Below are positions 48,901 to 60,913 of a stretch of DNA of 64,000 nt, in pieces; position 1 is the stretch's first letter; each line of letters opens with the position of its first letter. The notes beneath the pieces were generated by a model. That model saw nothing but the letters and a program-made list of their open reading frames with translations. It searched no databases and was not told where the DNA came from. The DNA is taken from the NCBI GenBank assembly GCA_030141605.1, contig JAQGDQ010000827.1:27183-91182 (forward strand), written 5' to 3'. A program made the translations under genes and the position numbers. Source of the stretch: Tubiluchus corallicola. Taxonomy: Eukaryota > Animalia > Priapulida.

Positions 48901-51900
48901 TAAAGCAGAAAGACTGTAAAACAATATATCATTAATGCAAAAAAACAAATCTTTTTGATAATACTTGTCAAATATTGTATTTTTTGGTGAATTAGCGGTG
49001 CGCACCGGAATGGCAGTGCAGTGCCTTCGTAGCAGGTGGTGCAAACTTTTTAAATTATTAAGAATTTTCTCTTCTAATTACACAAGTCTTTCTAACAGGT
49101 AAGCGTAATGCTAAGTGATATAACTTTGCGCGGGAAGTTTTTAGGGACGTACTTTAAAATAGTCTTTTCTTCCCCCTTCAAGCTTTGCCGAGATTGGTCA
49201 GACCGAGATGCTAAAATGGATATTGATCAAGCAGAGTGTATATCATTGTTTAACTACGGTATTAAAAATTTTATATCACTCGTGTAATAATAGTGTTTTT
49301 TTAAAGTCGTCGCTCCCCCGTCACCCTTATCCCATCGCCGTTGGGCTTGAGTTTTATTTGACCGAAAGGTGGCCATTGGCGTGAGATTGATTAAGGTGGG
49401 CAACTACTTGCCGGGTAGAAGCCCACACAATTGGCTTTCAGATCAATTTCTGTGGCTCCTGGGGGGAGACAGACAAGATTTCCTTGAAAGTCGCAGCAGG
49501 CTGCCATTCTTCCAGTATTTTGAGAGATGCCTTCTAGCCAGCCCGCATGGCATTGCCTTCATCCGCCATCTCAGCCGTTGAGAACTAAGCATGGTTCACT
49601 TCCGCCTGATCCGCCGTTGGGGTCTTCGGTCGTAACCCTGACCAGGGTGAAGCGTTATACCCCGCGACATTGGGTCCTTGCCTGAACTTGGTAACTGCCT
49701 AAGCAGCCTCCACCCCCGCGACTTGGACGCGCCAGACAAGAGTTGCCACTGTGTAGACTAGAGAAGGAGACTCTAACTACCAGCAGCCGGGTTAACTACC
49801 CTGTATGGTACCAGGGCAGAGGGCTTTTTTAAAGTAACACTCATCTAAAAGTGGGTAATTTAAAAAATAAGCGATTTGACAGATTATATGCCTAAGAATA
49901 AAAAATGAAATTTTTAACTGGACTTTTTTAATTTCTTTTTTTAACATCTATGATCGCTTATTGTCTACATTTGGATTAATTTAACTCTTAGTAGTAGGAC
50001 TTAATTTTTTGTTAAAATGGTTACATTAGTTATTGGTAAAATATCTTGGGACTACGGCCATATCACGTTGAAAACACCGGTTCTCGTCTGATCACCGAAG
50101 TTAAGCAACATAGAGCCTGGTTAGTACTTGGTTGGGTGACTGCCTAATAATACCAGGTGCTGTAGGCTTGTGGGATGCCCATACTGTATCTCGACACTAG
50201 GCGGAGGAGCTGCACAAGCAGCCAACAGCTAGAGGGCGGAGGAGGTCAAGTGACCCAACGGCCATATGTAGAGTAAACCTTCCAAATCAGGAGTGGAGCC
50301 CCGAAGGCGGACCCGTGCAGCATGCTCACTGACTCCGGCAGCTCCTGCAGCCAACCTGGTGCCAAACGTATCGCTCCGCTTTCCTTTGGACTACACCAGG
50401 GAGGAAGAGAGGGGCTTCCTGTTGTCTGGGCAACTCAGGATCTCCATACACCTTGCCCAGGCATGCGCCGTAGAGAAGCCACTCCAGTGGTTCAAGGATC
50501 GCACTGCTTAGCCACAGTCGACGCTGCAGCTCCATCAATGTGATCAATAACTGACTCTCTTGGCGCACACTGCACTGTCTTCCGAAGACAGAAGGACGCC
50601 AACAAGAACATTATTAAAATGTGGCTAAAAAGCGCTTTAAATTTTTTGCCGTTTTTAAATGCCACTGGTGCATTTCGTGAGTACGTTTCATTATAGCTAA
50701 ACTTAGAGTTGATAAGTGAAGCCATTGATTTTGTTTCAGTCTTGAAATCTGACTTGGAGATGCTGAATCAGTGTGTGGAAGATCTCAAGAAGGAACTTAT
50801 CGAGAAAGAGAAAGAAATGCAACGAAAAGTGCAGTCCGCAAGGGAGGAGGAATGGGTTAAGATAAACCAACTTGAAACCGAAAAGTAATTGTTTTGTTGT
50901 GTTTTCCTTTAAAAGAAAATATATTTAACGATACATAGTACGTCATGCATAGATATGGCTGTTACTTTATTGTTACTGCGTTGATTAGGTTAAAAACCAT
51001 CTCTCTCTCTCGCTCTCTCTCTTGCTCTCGCCATATAAATCTAAACATATTAATATATGGACGATACTAGGTACCATATGCTATCACCAACAGCAAAGTA
51101 ATAGCAGACTTTGTGACTAGAGCAAGGAATATCTTTGAACTTTTGTTTAATACTAATGATAAAGTTTTTGTGCGCATGTTTGATAATTTTCTCACTTAAC
51201 ATGTAAGGTAAGTTTGTGTGTTTTACTTTACATTTTGCTGTTATGTAATTTTAGGCTGGACATGGATAATAAATTGAGAGAGTCGGAACGCAGCAGACTT
51301 GAAACGGTGCAAGAAAAGATTTCCGCTGTTGACCAAGCCGCAGAAAATGTCAGGCAAACCATTACTGAGAAACAACAAGCAGCTAAGGAATGCAGTCTGT
51401 TAAGGTGATGTTCTGTTCAGGGTTGTTACCGAAACTGAATTTACGAACTGAAACCGAATTTTATCAAACATAACAAACCGATACCGAAACAGAAACATTT
51501 TTGCAAAACCAACTAGTATTAAAACTGAAAAAACAAAATTCTAAAATAGGTAAAATATCTTATTTTTTGTTTGTATGCTTTTATTTGCTGTGTGTCGTGA
51601 TGCTAAAGTTTTCGCTGGGGTGTTTTAGGGAGAGCTAACAACCGACATTGGAAGGTTTATCAGACTGTTTTTGTTGTTGCAATGTTTGTGTTAAACAGAA
51701 GAAATCACTGAATGAAAACGTGGTTTAACTTTGCAATCTGTATTGTATTCGAAATCATAGTCTCAATGTCAATCCACATATACACGAAAATGGTAAACAT
51801 AATCAACAATAGTACAAATGTTAAAGTAAATCCATCAGCCAATATATCATGGGACCTGAGTCTCAACGTTATAGTCACCAAAACCACTGTTTAAGCCTAT

Positions 51901-54900
51901 TGCTTGTCCACTCATCTTGCTACCAAGTCAAGAGTAGTAGTTATTCACAGAGAAGCCCGGTAACCCAGTTCTACACAAACATATAGCAGTAGCAAATACA
52001 TACATATATTGGAAACTTCCAAGTGTACAAACAGATGTCAGCACTGACTTAGTGGTAGTGAAAAACAAAAGTTTAAAACTAGAAATCAAAATTATTAATA
52101 AACTGTAAATTAAATGCTCGCATCTGCGACACTGTGATGCAAAATTACTGATAAAAACCCAGGAATGTTTTATAGCACGGAACGTCAAGTTTGGTGGAAT
52201 GACTTACATTAGAAAGTATTTTTGCATAACATAGTTGTATAATTATGTGGCTAGAGCTCAATGTAGGCTTATGCCTGTCCTTAGTCCACTTGAACCTGGG
52301 CCCAGTAACCGTTACTTGTTCATTATAATTAAGTAAAAAATCTTGATGTCCGTATATTGTTGCTAATTGTAACAAGCAGCATTGGAGGCACGAGTGTGAC
52401 AGTGAGCAAGTAAATATTAAAATGTCACTGTAAGTCAAGGGTTTAGTGACAGTGGAATCGCAACGACGAATTAAGAACCCTGGAAGAACTGATACACAGT
52501 GCCTGTACAATTTATAGTTATACCACTGTTATAATTTACCGCTGCTATTGACAAGTCTAGTATGTGCAAAACACTGTGTGAATAATTATAAATTAAAATA
52601 AAATATATCACTTAGAAAACTCACAAAACAACTCATTAACTCTTTATCAGCTAATTATTTACGGCTAAAGCCAAATGATGTCAGTTAAAAAATATTAGGA
52701 TAAAAAATTGCATTCCGAAGTCGGGGGAAATTAAGCCTCCTACTGGGTGAGTACCCAGAATAGCTTACATAATTATACAACAGAGTTTTGTTTTTAGATT
52801 TAAGTATCCTTAATGATTAACGTTTAAAGATTATAGTGTTTCATTAAAATAAAGAAATTTTATTTTGTAGAGATATTGTTACCTGTATTTCATAAATTAT
52901 AGAACGAAATAATATAAAACTATAAAAACTATGAACTGTAAAATCGTTTTTTGCTCAAATAAATTCAAAGATGGTTTGATGTTTTGGTTAGTTGGGCCTG
53001 GAGACCCTAAACGTTCACAGTGATCAGTACTAAAGATTTGCCGCATTGCTGTGAAAAGCACATCACAAGCTGTTATGTAAACGAAATTTACACTTTGTTT
53101 GAACTATTTAGCCGAAGAAAGAAAAGGTAAATACTAGTAAAGCCTTTGTAAAATGCTACCGAGAATTATTCGAAATTTCGGCTGCGAAACTTGATAAATT
53201 TCCTCGAAACCAAAATTTAACCGAAATCCAATTACCGGCAAACCGAACCGAAAATTTCGTTTCGGTAACATCCCTGATTCTGTGTTTAACCTGCATGTTG
53301 CCACTTTTGTATTTTAAGAAACGTTTATTTCAATGGTGGAATAAGGGAATATGTATTTTCTATGAATAGTTTTGTAGGTTGTCTTGTACATTGTACTGGA
53401 AGAAATATAGAAAAATTAATGCAGTTTACGTTAGTACGTCGTGACTTTGTGAAGCCATGTGTTAATTTATGCTTACTTTGTGAAGCCATGTGTTAATTTA
53501 TGCTTATTTTGGTTTTACTTACGTAGAGAGAAGAATCAAACGCTTCAGGCAAAATTGACAAAGTACGAAGATGAACACAACACGTATGAGTTGAGTCATC
53601 AGAAGATTGCTACACTAGAAGCCAAGATTACGGCAATGCAGGACGTAGAAGACGATCTAAACACTGCAAATAGTAAACTGAACAGCTCGGTTTCGCGGTT
53701 ACAGGAAGAGGTGAAGCTGTCACACGACGAGCTGGAAAAGACGAGAAGCGTGGCAGAGCAAGTTAGATACATGCATTTATTTTGCTCTCTTTTCTGCCAT
53801 TTTTTGAAAGTAGTTTTGTGTAAGGAACGTATTGTGGTAGGATGGTTAGCTCGCCAATTACGAGGTTCTGGGTTCGAATTCCAATCATCTATGTTTTTTT
53901 AGCCATTTATCACATGAACAATACGTTTGTGCTAGTCTTACTAGTCCTACATAGTCTTAAGCAAGTAAATGGGGGGATTAAGGACAGCTGAGTGACAGGC
54001 TTCCACTTATCTTCTTTATATGCTGTGGCTTCATAAATTGATGCTGTAATCATCTCTGTCTATACTCCATCAGGGGCATGAAATTATTCTTGCTATTTTA
54101 AAGGCATGCTGCTGTAATCGTCTCTGTCTATGCTCCATCAGGAGCATGAAATTATTCTTGCTATTTTAAAGACATGCAGCTGTAATCAACATACTGTCAT
54201 ATTATAAGTGTTCGTGCCCTAATATGTAAAAATTTACTTTTTTATACTGCCAGTCTAATTCTGTTTTAATATACGTGGTGCTCTGTGCTATTTTTTGACC
54301 AGTTTTTATGAATCCGCATACTGCAAGTCACTTTGTGTTTTTGACGTGTTTGTAAGTCTCATTCTGCGTAGAGTCAAAATGTGTCAGTCACTGTTTAATC
54401 TCTGTCTCATAATTTTGTCTGGCCTAAGAAATTGCGAATGCCACAGCAACTGCGATTAAATATTGCATGACTAATAAGTGCAGTTATGATAAAATTTTCG
54501 TGACATTTGAATTAGTAACCCAAAGATGAGCTATAGGTGTGTGCGTTGCTTTTTCTGCCACTTCAATACCCAAGCGTAGTTAATGGACCAGTTTCAAGAG
54601 AACGTTTATAATTTTTGATGCTGTTATGCTTGTGTTTTTTTATGTTAGTTAAAGTGTGGTTAGATCACTCAAATTTGCTACTTTACACAGTAGGATTGCT
54701 TGCTTCACGTATGCCATAATTTTGTAAATGAATTTTTCGCTTTCTGTCCAGATTCTAAATCAACATCGAAGAAGTTGGGAAGAGGAAAGAAACCAGATGG
54801 GAAGGAGAATTGAAGAACTGGAAGCTCACATTGCAAATGCACATTCGAAAGCAAAAAAAGCATCCGATACTTATAAAGGGGTATGTCAGCAGCTCTCTGA

Positions 54901-56500
54901 ATATAAGTAGTTTTTAAGCCGCAGACAAGCTGCTTATCTGTTTCTACGTTGCAAGGCAAATATTAAGTCAATAGGTATCTGTATTTAATATCTAATTCTA
55001 GTAGTGCTTTTCATTAGCTTAACATAAATTTGCATACTTATACTTACGAATTGTACATTGTACTTGTTTTCAAAAATAGCTGTACTATTTTTGTTTTCAT
55101 CGTAGCAGCCATTGAAGTATCTTATAACTCACGACACTGAACTATATAGACAATGTCTTTTCATGTACTGTTGATACTGACAGAGTTGCATCTTGGACAT
55201 TACTTTTGGTAATTCATCGAATTAACATCAGTAGTTTAATAACTGATGTTAGGCTTCGTTAAAGACTAACTGAAAACATTTGACTGTGGCTTATAGGTAT
55301 TCTAATTAAATTGTTTTACCACTCTGTCTGCGAAATTGTGGACTGAAGAGACATGACGTGCAAAAAATTGCTTATACAGTCATGCCTCGGTTTTCGAACG
55401 TCTCAGTATTCGTACAAATCGGTTTTCGGCCAGAAGATTTGACTTGAAATTGTCTCCGTTCTCGACCAGAATTTCGGTACTCGACCAACCGCCAAGCACG
55501 TGATGAACGCATGCGCGGCGAGCCGAGTAGAGCCGAGCGTAACCGACTGCGCCCGAAGGTAGTCAGTCACGCACGTGTTTCTGCTCTTGCTTACGTATGC
55601 CATCACACTGCTACCAACACCTAACTTTTTTTCATGCAGGAATAATTACGTTTTTCTTTCTAAGGAATTCTATTATGTTTTTCTTATTAATTATATCATA
55701 TCTACTGTTTGAATAAGCATTTTTGTATTATTATATTTCGTTTTAGTAATACTTTACAGTTCATTTGGTTCTTGAGAACGGATTATTTGCTTTTACATTA
55801 TTTCTTATGGAATTAAATGATTCGGTACTCAACCAAATCGGTTTTCAAACACTTTTTAGGTACGAATTATGGTCGAAAACCGAGATATGACTGTAGTAAG
55901 AAAATTAGCATCATGTTCAATCATGCTTTTTACTCGGTTTCACCTTTATTGCACAAAATAAAAGGTATTGTTTTGATGATTTATATAAGAAGCCTTTTGA
56001 TAGTTTTGCTATGTGCAGTTGCTGTAGGTCAAAGGTTAAGTGTACCACAGTAACACGTCTTAACTACAACCATCACGTGACGTGTGGGTAAAGTCAAGTC
56101 ATCTGCCGCATTAGTTCAGTAATGTCATTTTTTTACGTTGTCTTTACTTAATTATGCATTAGTCTATGTGTAGAGTGATTTACTATCAGGATCTTGCTTG
56201 AGAACAAGAAAATGTTAGCTAGGTATGGTTCTAACATGTTAAAACTGTTGCTATCACATTAGCATGGACTTCAAGGTGTTGTCAAGCGCACACAAATGCA
56301 TTGTCTAGTCACTTAGCTTATGACATTTTCGCGATCATTATCAATCGCTGGAACTGTGAAAAGGCATATTAGTCACAGAGTTTGACATTCTTGTTATAGA
56401 AAAAGGGAAAATACATGAAACTTGTTGAACACCTGCGGGGGAAAATTCAACTGCTCCAGTCAAGAGGTGAAGAACTTGAACTGCAAGTTAACTCCCTCCG
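39975..56500 (+). CDS. CEP83: Centrosomal protein CEP83/CCDC41-like coiled-coil protein, 3' end incomplete
   Basis: Phase-consistent GT-AG exons: 39975-40246, 41358-41508, 42529-42729, 43011-43158, 45594-45808, 47539-47695, 50740-50884, 51255-51404, 53527-53761, 54752-54880, 56400-56500. Peptides ELQNMLVEEKARSESHKSNYQALKIEH, EKYRAEYNKLRYESSFLKSEYEH and LKVKGVLTELEEIR resemble CEP83. No convincing terminal exon in the window. Confidence 0.82.
41528..41890. repeat. Dispersed repeat with an inverted copy at about 48670-49110
   Basis: TGATATATTGTTTTACAGTCTTTCTGC...GGAGAAGAAGAGGAAATTATGAGGCATAAACC is the reverse complement of 48770-48932. Confidence 0.85.
44332..44654. mobile_element. pogo/Tigger-type MITE
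   Basis: TA-CAGTCGACCCTCGTTAAA ... TTTAACGAGGGTTGACTG-TA. Confidence 0.85.
46298..47371 (-). mobile_element. Same LINE family, copy 2, interrupted by an insertion at about 46876-47123
   Basis: Near-identical to 30496-31151 and extends to the RT YADD motif (HLMYADDICLL). CTAGGTA is duplicated around the insert. Confidence 0.88.
47769..48279. mobile_element. Degenerate pogo/Tigger-type MITE
   Basis: GCTTAATAAACTCA ... TGAGTCTATTAAGCGGCGCCTACTA. The same terminus occurs at about 10707. Confidence 0.55.
49308..49824 (-). mobile_element. Non-autonomous retroposon resembling an RTE 5' UTR, 11-bp TSD
   Basis: GC-rich 517-bp island flanked by TTTTTTAAAGT (49297-49307 and 49825-49835). Minus-strand motifs GACCGAAGACCCCAACGGCGGATCAGGCGGAAG and GGCGGATGAAGGC resemble RTE-clade 5' UTRs as I recall them. 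Confidence 0.75.
49637..49824 (-). ncRNA. Candidate HDV-like self-cleaving ribozyme
   Basis: P1 GCCCUC/GGGGGU (G1-U wobble), P2 UCUGGC/GUCAGG, P3 GCG/CGC, L3 UCCAAGU, P1.1 CC/GG, P4 base AGGC/GCUU. G1 abuts the TSD. P1 has 6 bp rather than 7 and J4/2 (CACCCUG) is non-canonical. Confidence 0.55.
50050..50605 (+). mobile_element. SINE3, copy 2
   Basis: Same 5S head, body and tail as 31502-32046. Confidence 0.88.
51418..53276. mobile_element. Non-autonomous hAT-like element, about 1.9 kb
   Basis: CAGGGTTGTTACCGAAAC / GTTTCGGTAACATCCCTG termini, ACCGAAA subterminal repeats, flanks GTTCTGTT/ATTCTGTG. Confidence 0.7.
53833..54010 (+). mobile_element. Degenerate tRNA-derived SINE remnant
   Basis: TGGTAGGATGGTTAG (box A-like) and GGGTTCGAATTCC (box B). 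No intact cloverleaf. Confidence 0.4.
54040..54187. repeat. Two inverted units of the 68-bp satellite
   Basis: Reverse complement of the 62964-64000 unit. Confidence 0.9.
55377..55893. mobile_element. pogo/Tigger-type MITE
   Basis: TA-CAGTCATGCCTCGGTTTTCGA ... TCGAAAACCGAGATATGACTG-TA. Confidence 0.85.
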
Positions 56501-56551
56501 GTAAGCTGCATGCTACTGTAACTTATGCTTGCTTGTTTCCTACTTTTGAAA

Positions 56552-56960
56552 CAGGGGTTTTTACAAATTATCTGACTAGTCGGACCACATTAAACATTCC
56601 TGCAATTCCTGTGGGCCTCATGCAGTTTGGTCAAGGAGCCAAATACAGTAAGACCTTATAACAATTTTTTTGCATTCGATTTGCGCACATCATTACCACT
56701 GCACTCAAGATACTATTTTAGAAGTTACTAAAATTTATATTAAAAACCATATATTTCGTCATGTCAGACACTGACATTAAGTGACAACGGTTTTGTAACG
56801 GTTAATGCCATCCGATCTAGAGGAAAAAACTACCCACACTATCTTTGCGATACTGGCGCATACTTCAGCTGGATCGCGTGGGCCGCACTTTCATTACGTT
56901 GACAAATCTCTTCGCACGCCACACAAGATCTCTCGGCGGGCCGCAGTTTGCACACCTCTG
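56552..56960. mobile_element. hAT-type MITE, same family, copy 3
   Basis: Direct homology to 3450-3802 with degenerate TIRs. Confidence 0.8.
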
Positions 56961-57100
56961 ATTTAAAATACAATTCAGCTTTTCAAATCGTACCTAAATA
57001 TATGAAGTCCTAGACCAACCCGCTGAAGACTGGCTGCTTTACAGTCACAGTGAATGAATTCACCAAATTCTATTGTTGGCTAATTAACATAAGTCATAAG

Positions 57101-57593
57101 CAGGGATGAGAATTTTCCGCGGATACGCGGAATTCCGAGTTTTTGGAAGACCAGTAGTGCCATTTTTGTAAATCATGTAAATTCGTTGAGAAAATTTTTA
57201 CGGACCCACTACATTATTTCACAAGCTGACTGCTAGTTGGCAGGCCGTCACTTTGTTTACACAATGTAGATCAGTGTAACCACGTGTATATCTCTATGTA
57301 TAAAAATATAGAATCAATTGTGCGGAGTTATTTGAGTCAATTGCAGACAGTTTTGCATAGGAGCGGCCAGTGCTTAGGCGTTTTTGAGACAATTAGGTAT
57401 CATGTATCCTTGATATTTGGGTATTTTAAATTATGCATGAAACAAGGTAACTGATATTTTAAGTCCAAGTAGAGGCTATGGTCACAAAATTGCAATTTGT
57501 TGCTGGCTCCCGTTGAACTCCATTAGGGCCTAGGTGGCCCCAAAACCCCCGGCCTGTTTCAGAGTTTTTTACAATTTGTCATTCTCATCCCTG
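57101..57593. mobile_element. hAT-like MITE
   Basis: Perfect 13-bp TIR CAGGGATGAGAAT. CATAAG occurs on both flanks. Confidence 0.8.
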
Positions 57594-58481
57594 CATAAGT
57601 CATTTATTTCACATTACACATTTACAATAGTTTCATGTACAATATCTAGTGAAAGGGCCTACAATGAACATAATACAAATAAGCTTTTATTATTTCTGCA
57701 CAAGAAAAGCCTCACACACTGTTCACCTGTATACGAATGTAAATGTGTTGCGGGCATTTTAGATTGTCCCACACAGTGAAAGAAAAAAAAATAATGGAAA
57801 AAATCTGAAAATTTAAAGTGAATCGTATGATAAAAAAACAGTGCTTAAAATGGAATGATGTAATGAATGAAGCTCATATATGAGATGATATAAAAAATAG
57901 AAAGACTATTATTTGTTCCTCTATAATTCTATAATTTCTTTACTGTAATATCATGTGATTTTGTTTATTTATCACCCTGTAGTAAATATGGCTCTATTCG
58001 TCAGTCATATCTTCATTGTTCTTTTCGAGTCGTAGAATATAGTCCGGTACCTTCTAGGATTTCTTTTCACTTCTTTTCAAACATTTCTTTTTATAATGTG
58101 CAGACACTAACTGTTTCTGAAGTGATTACAAACTAGACTTCTGCATCGTTACTGCTAAACATATTGCTTGTGGATGGAAAGTGATGTTATTTCACTTTAG
58201 CGTATGAATTTTGATTGCTGTACAGTGTGCTTAACTGTTCTGGAGTGAGACCAATTTCAGCGAGTTGATTGCAGTTTGTGTGAGTTAGCCCAGCTATTTG
58301 ACTAGCACTGTGATGTGGAGTTAGACATAATACATAGAGTGATGAACTGTTGTTAAACTTGTTATAGAACTAGAGTCCACTCTCATATGCAGTACTTGAC
58401 TTCTAACAAAAAAATGTAGACATAGAATGAGTTTAACTTAAACTTTACATAGTAATTTATTGTTTACGTAAGAGTAAGTGA

Positions 58482-59011
58482 ACGGCCAAGTCACGTTGAA
58501 AACACCGGTTCTCGTCTGATCACCGAAGTTAAGCAACATAGAGGCTGGTTAGTGCTTGGATTGGTGACCGCCTAGGAATACCAGGTGCTGTAGGCTTGCG
58601 GGATGTCCACACTGTATTAGGCGGAGGAGCTGCACAAGCAGCCAGTGGCTAGAGGGCGGAGGAGGTCAAGTGACCCAACGGCCATGTGTAGAGGAGTAAA
58701 CCTTCCAAATCAGGAGTGGAGCCCTGAAGGCAGACCAGTGCAGCATGCTCAGTGACTCCGGCAGCTCCTGCAGCCAACCTGGTGCCAAACGTATCGCTCC
58801 GCTTTCCTTTGGACTACACTAGGGAGGAAGAAGAGGGGGTTCCTTTTGTGTGGGCAACTCAGGATCTCCATACACCTTGCCCAGGCGTGCGCCCTGGAGA
58901 CGTTCAAGGATCGGACTGCTCAGCCACAGTCGACGCTGCAGCTCCATCAATGTGATCAATGACTCTCTTGGCGCACACTCCATTGTCCTCCGAGACAGAA
59001 GGATGCCAACA
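58482..59011 (+). mobile_element. SINE3, copy 3
   Basis: Same family. ACGTAAGAGTA is repeated at 58466-58476 and 59012-59022. An 8-nt deletion (CTCGACAC) lies early in the body. Confidence 0.88.
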
Positions 59012-59852
59012 ACGTAAGAGTATGCAGATGTGGCAAGTGGAGCCTTGTGTCATCCTCAAACTCAAAACAAAAATTTGTTTTGACACCATTGTTTGGTAAG
59101 ATTTTATCTCATATTGGAAGTTTGAATCCTTCAGAAGGACTGATCACTGTAGATTGTCCTAGACAAAGTGGACATTAACTCTGCCTCACTTAGCCCAATC
59201 ATAATATTCTCTGAAGCCCATATTACTTGAAAGATGGTTTAAAAATATTGATTGTGTCCTGCAATATTCTTGCAAAAGTACACAGAACTATCTTTTTCCA
59301 GTGTAAAGCGCACAAAAAGTCGTGCAGTTGTTTTATCCTGGTTTTTTGCGCATAACCAATTTGGTACAGAATTACGAAAAAAGGTGCAAGTTCAGGTCTG
59401 CTAAATAGGGGTGAGCGTCGAACATTCGAATTCGACTTCAACGAGTTTTTTAGTTCGAATTCGATTTGAATAATTCAGCACTTCAATAACATACGTTGAA
59501 GCATATAATGCAAGACAGACTGATGCCGGGCTAGTAATGTTGGTGGCAATGCTACTATGAATGTTCGAGTCATTCATAGTAATAACCATAGCCTAACGTT
59601 GGTCAAATAATTCAGTTTTCTGTCATTGTGTATCGCGTTTGTGTTCACACTTTGATTTTGATTTTGGCTTTGGGTTAAAAACAGTTTCTGAGTAATAGTA
59701 AAATGTTTGTGGGCAATACGAATTTTATTTGTGACTATGTTGCACGCATTTATTGCAGAAATTTTCTGTTTGTGAGTTAATAGATACTTGCTTTATGTTT
59801 TGGGGGAACGCACTAGAGCCCTGCTTATTGTAATAAAAAGTATGTTTCTAAT

Positions 59853-60124
59853 AGACCAGATGGTTTAGTGTAGTGGTAATGCGTCTGCTTTCCGTCTGGG
59901 AGGTTGTGAGTTCGAACCAGCGGCCGGGTCATACCAAAGACTTTAAAAATGGTTCCTGCTTTGCCCTGCCTGACGCGTGGTATTTAGGGAACAAGCGGGG
60001 TAATAATAGTCTCTGTTATGCAGTTGTAGATTGTTATTTACAGTCGGCTATAATAGCTCTTTGAGCTAATGTTAATTGTTGACCCAAAAGCTGACTTTAA
60101 ATAAAGATTATTATTATTATTATT

Positions 60125-60181
<57 letters not shown>
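59853..60181 (+). mobile_element. tRNA-derived SINE with Meta-SINE-like core and (TTA)n/(GTT)n tail
   Basis: Box A (TAGTGTAGTGG), box B (GAGTTCGAACC), then GTCATACCAAAGACTTTAAAAATGG resembling the Meta domain, AATAAA and a microsatellite tail. Confidence 0.7.
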
Positions 60182-60913
60182 AACAATAAAGCATCATAAT
60201 AATGCAGTATGTTATTTTCAGAAGCCATTGCAACTTGCGTAATCTCGTAATTAAAAAGTGTAACGAAATATGTGGGAAAATTATAAATTTACGTATTGTA
60301 GGCACTCGTAATCAATATGCATTTTCAAATATTAACAAGTATTATGTTAATTTAGTGAGATTTTTTTTTTGTTATTGAAGGGTAATGCGCTGGATGTCGT
60401 GACGTTTCAGTTATTATTCTAATATAATGTAGTTAAAATATATTTACAAACTGTAGCCAAACAACCTTATTTTCATGAACACCTTTATTTCAAGCTTTGC
60501 ATTTCATAATCCACTGTAATATTCATAACAATTTTCGTTGCTTGGATTTATCTGTTTGTTATTTTGTCCTTGAGTAAGGGTATTGATAAGTTGCTAGATC
60601 TTCCGCTCTTTTCCACGACCAGTAAGGTAATCGATTCCCCATGTATAACGTGTAATAAGATTATAGATACATTTTCTTCGCATATCCTTTTCTATTAGCA
60701 ACGTACAGACGACATTGGAGGACCTTGTCGACTGTACATCACGACCCAATTGCCTAAAGAGCCATCTGTGATAGGGGAGAGAAAGTTGCGCGTCAAGATA
60801 TAAAGTGTGTATTAAGTAATCACGATGCTTTCTGTGGTCACTTGTCTGTCTTTGTGGAAATAAGCTAGACGCTATTTTGTAATCAAAAAGTGTAATGTTA
60901 TCATCAAAAAGTA

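Noticed and set aside
59861-59930. tRNA gene
   Set aside because: No acceptor stem; it runs into a SINE core and microsatellite tail.
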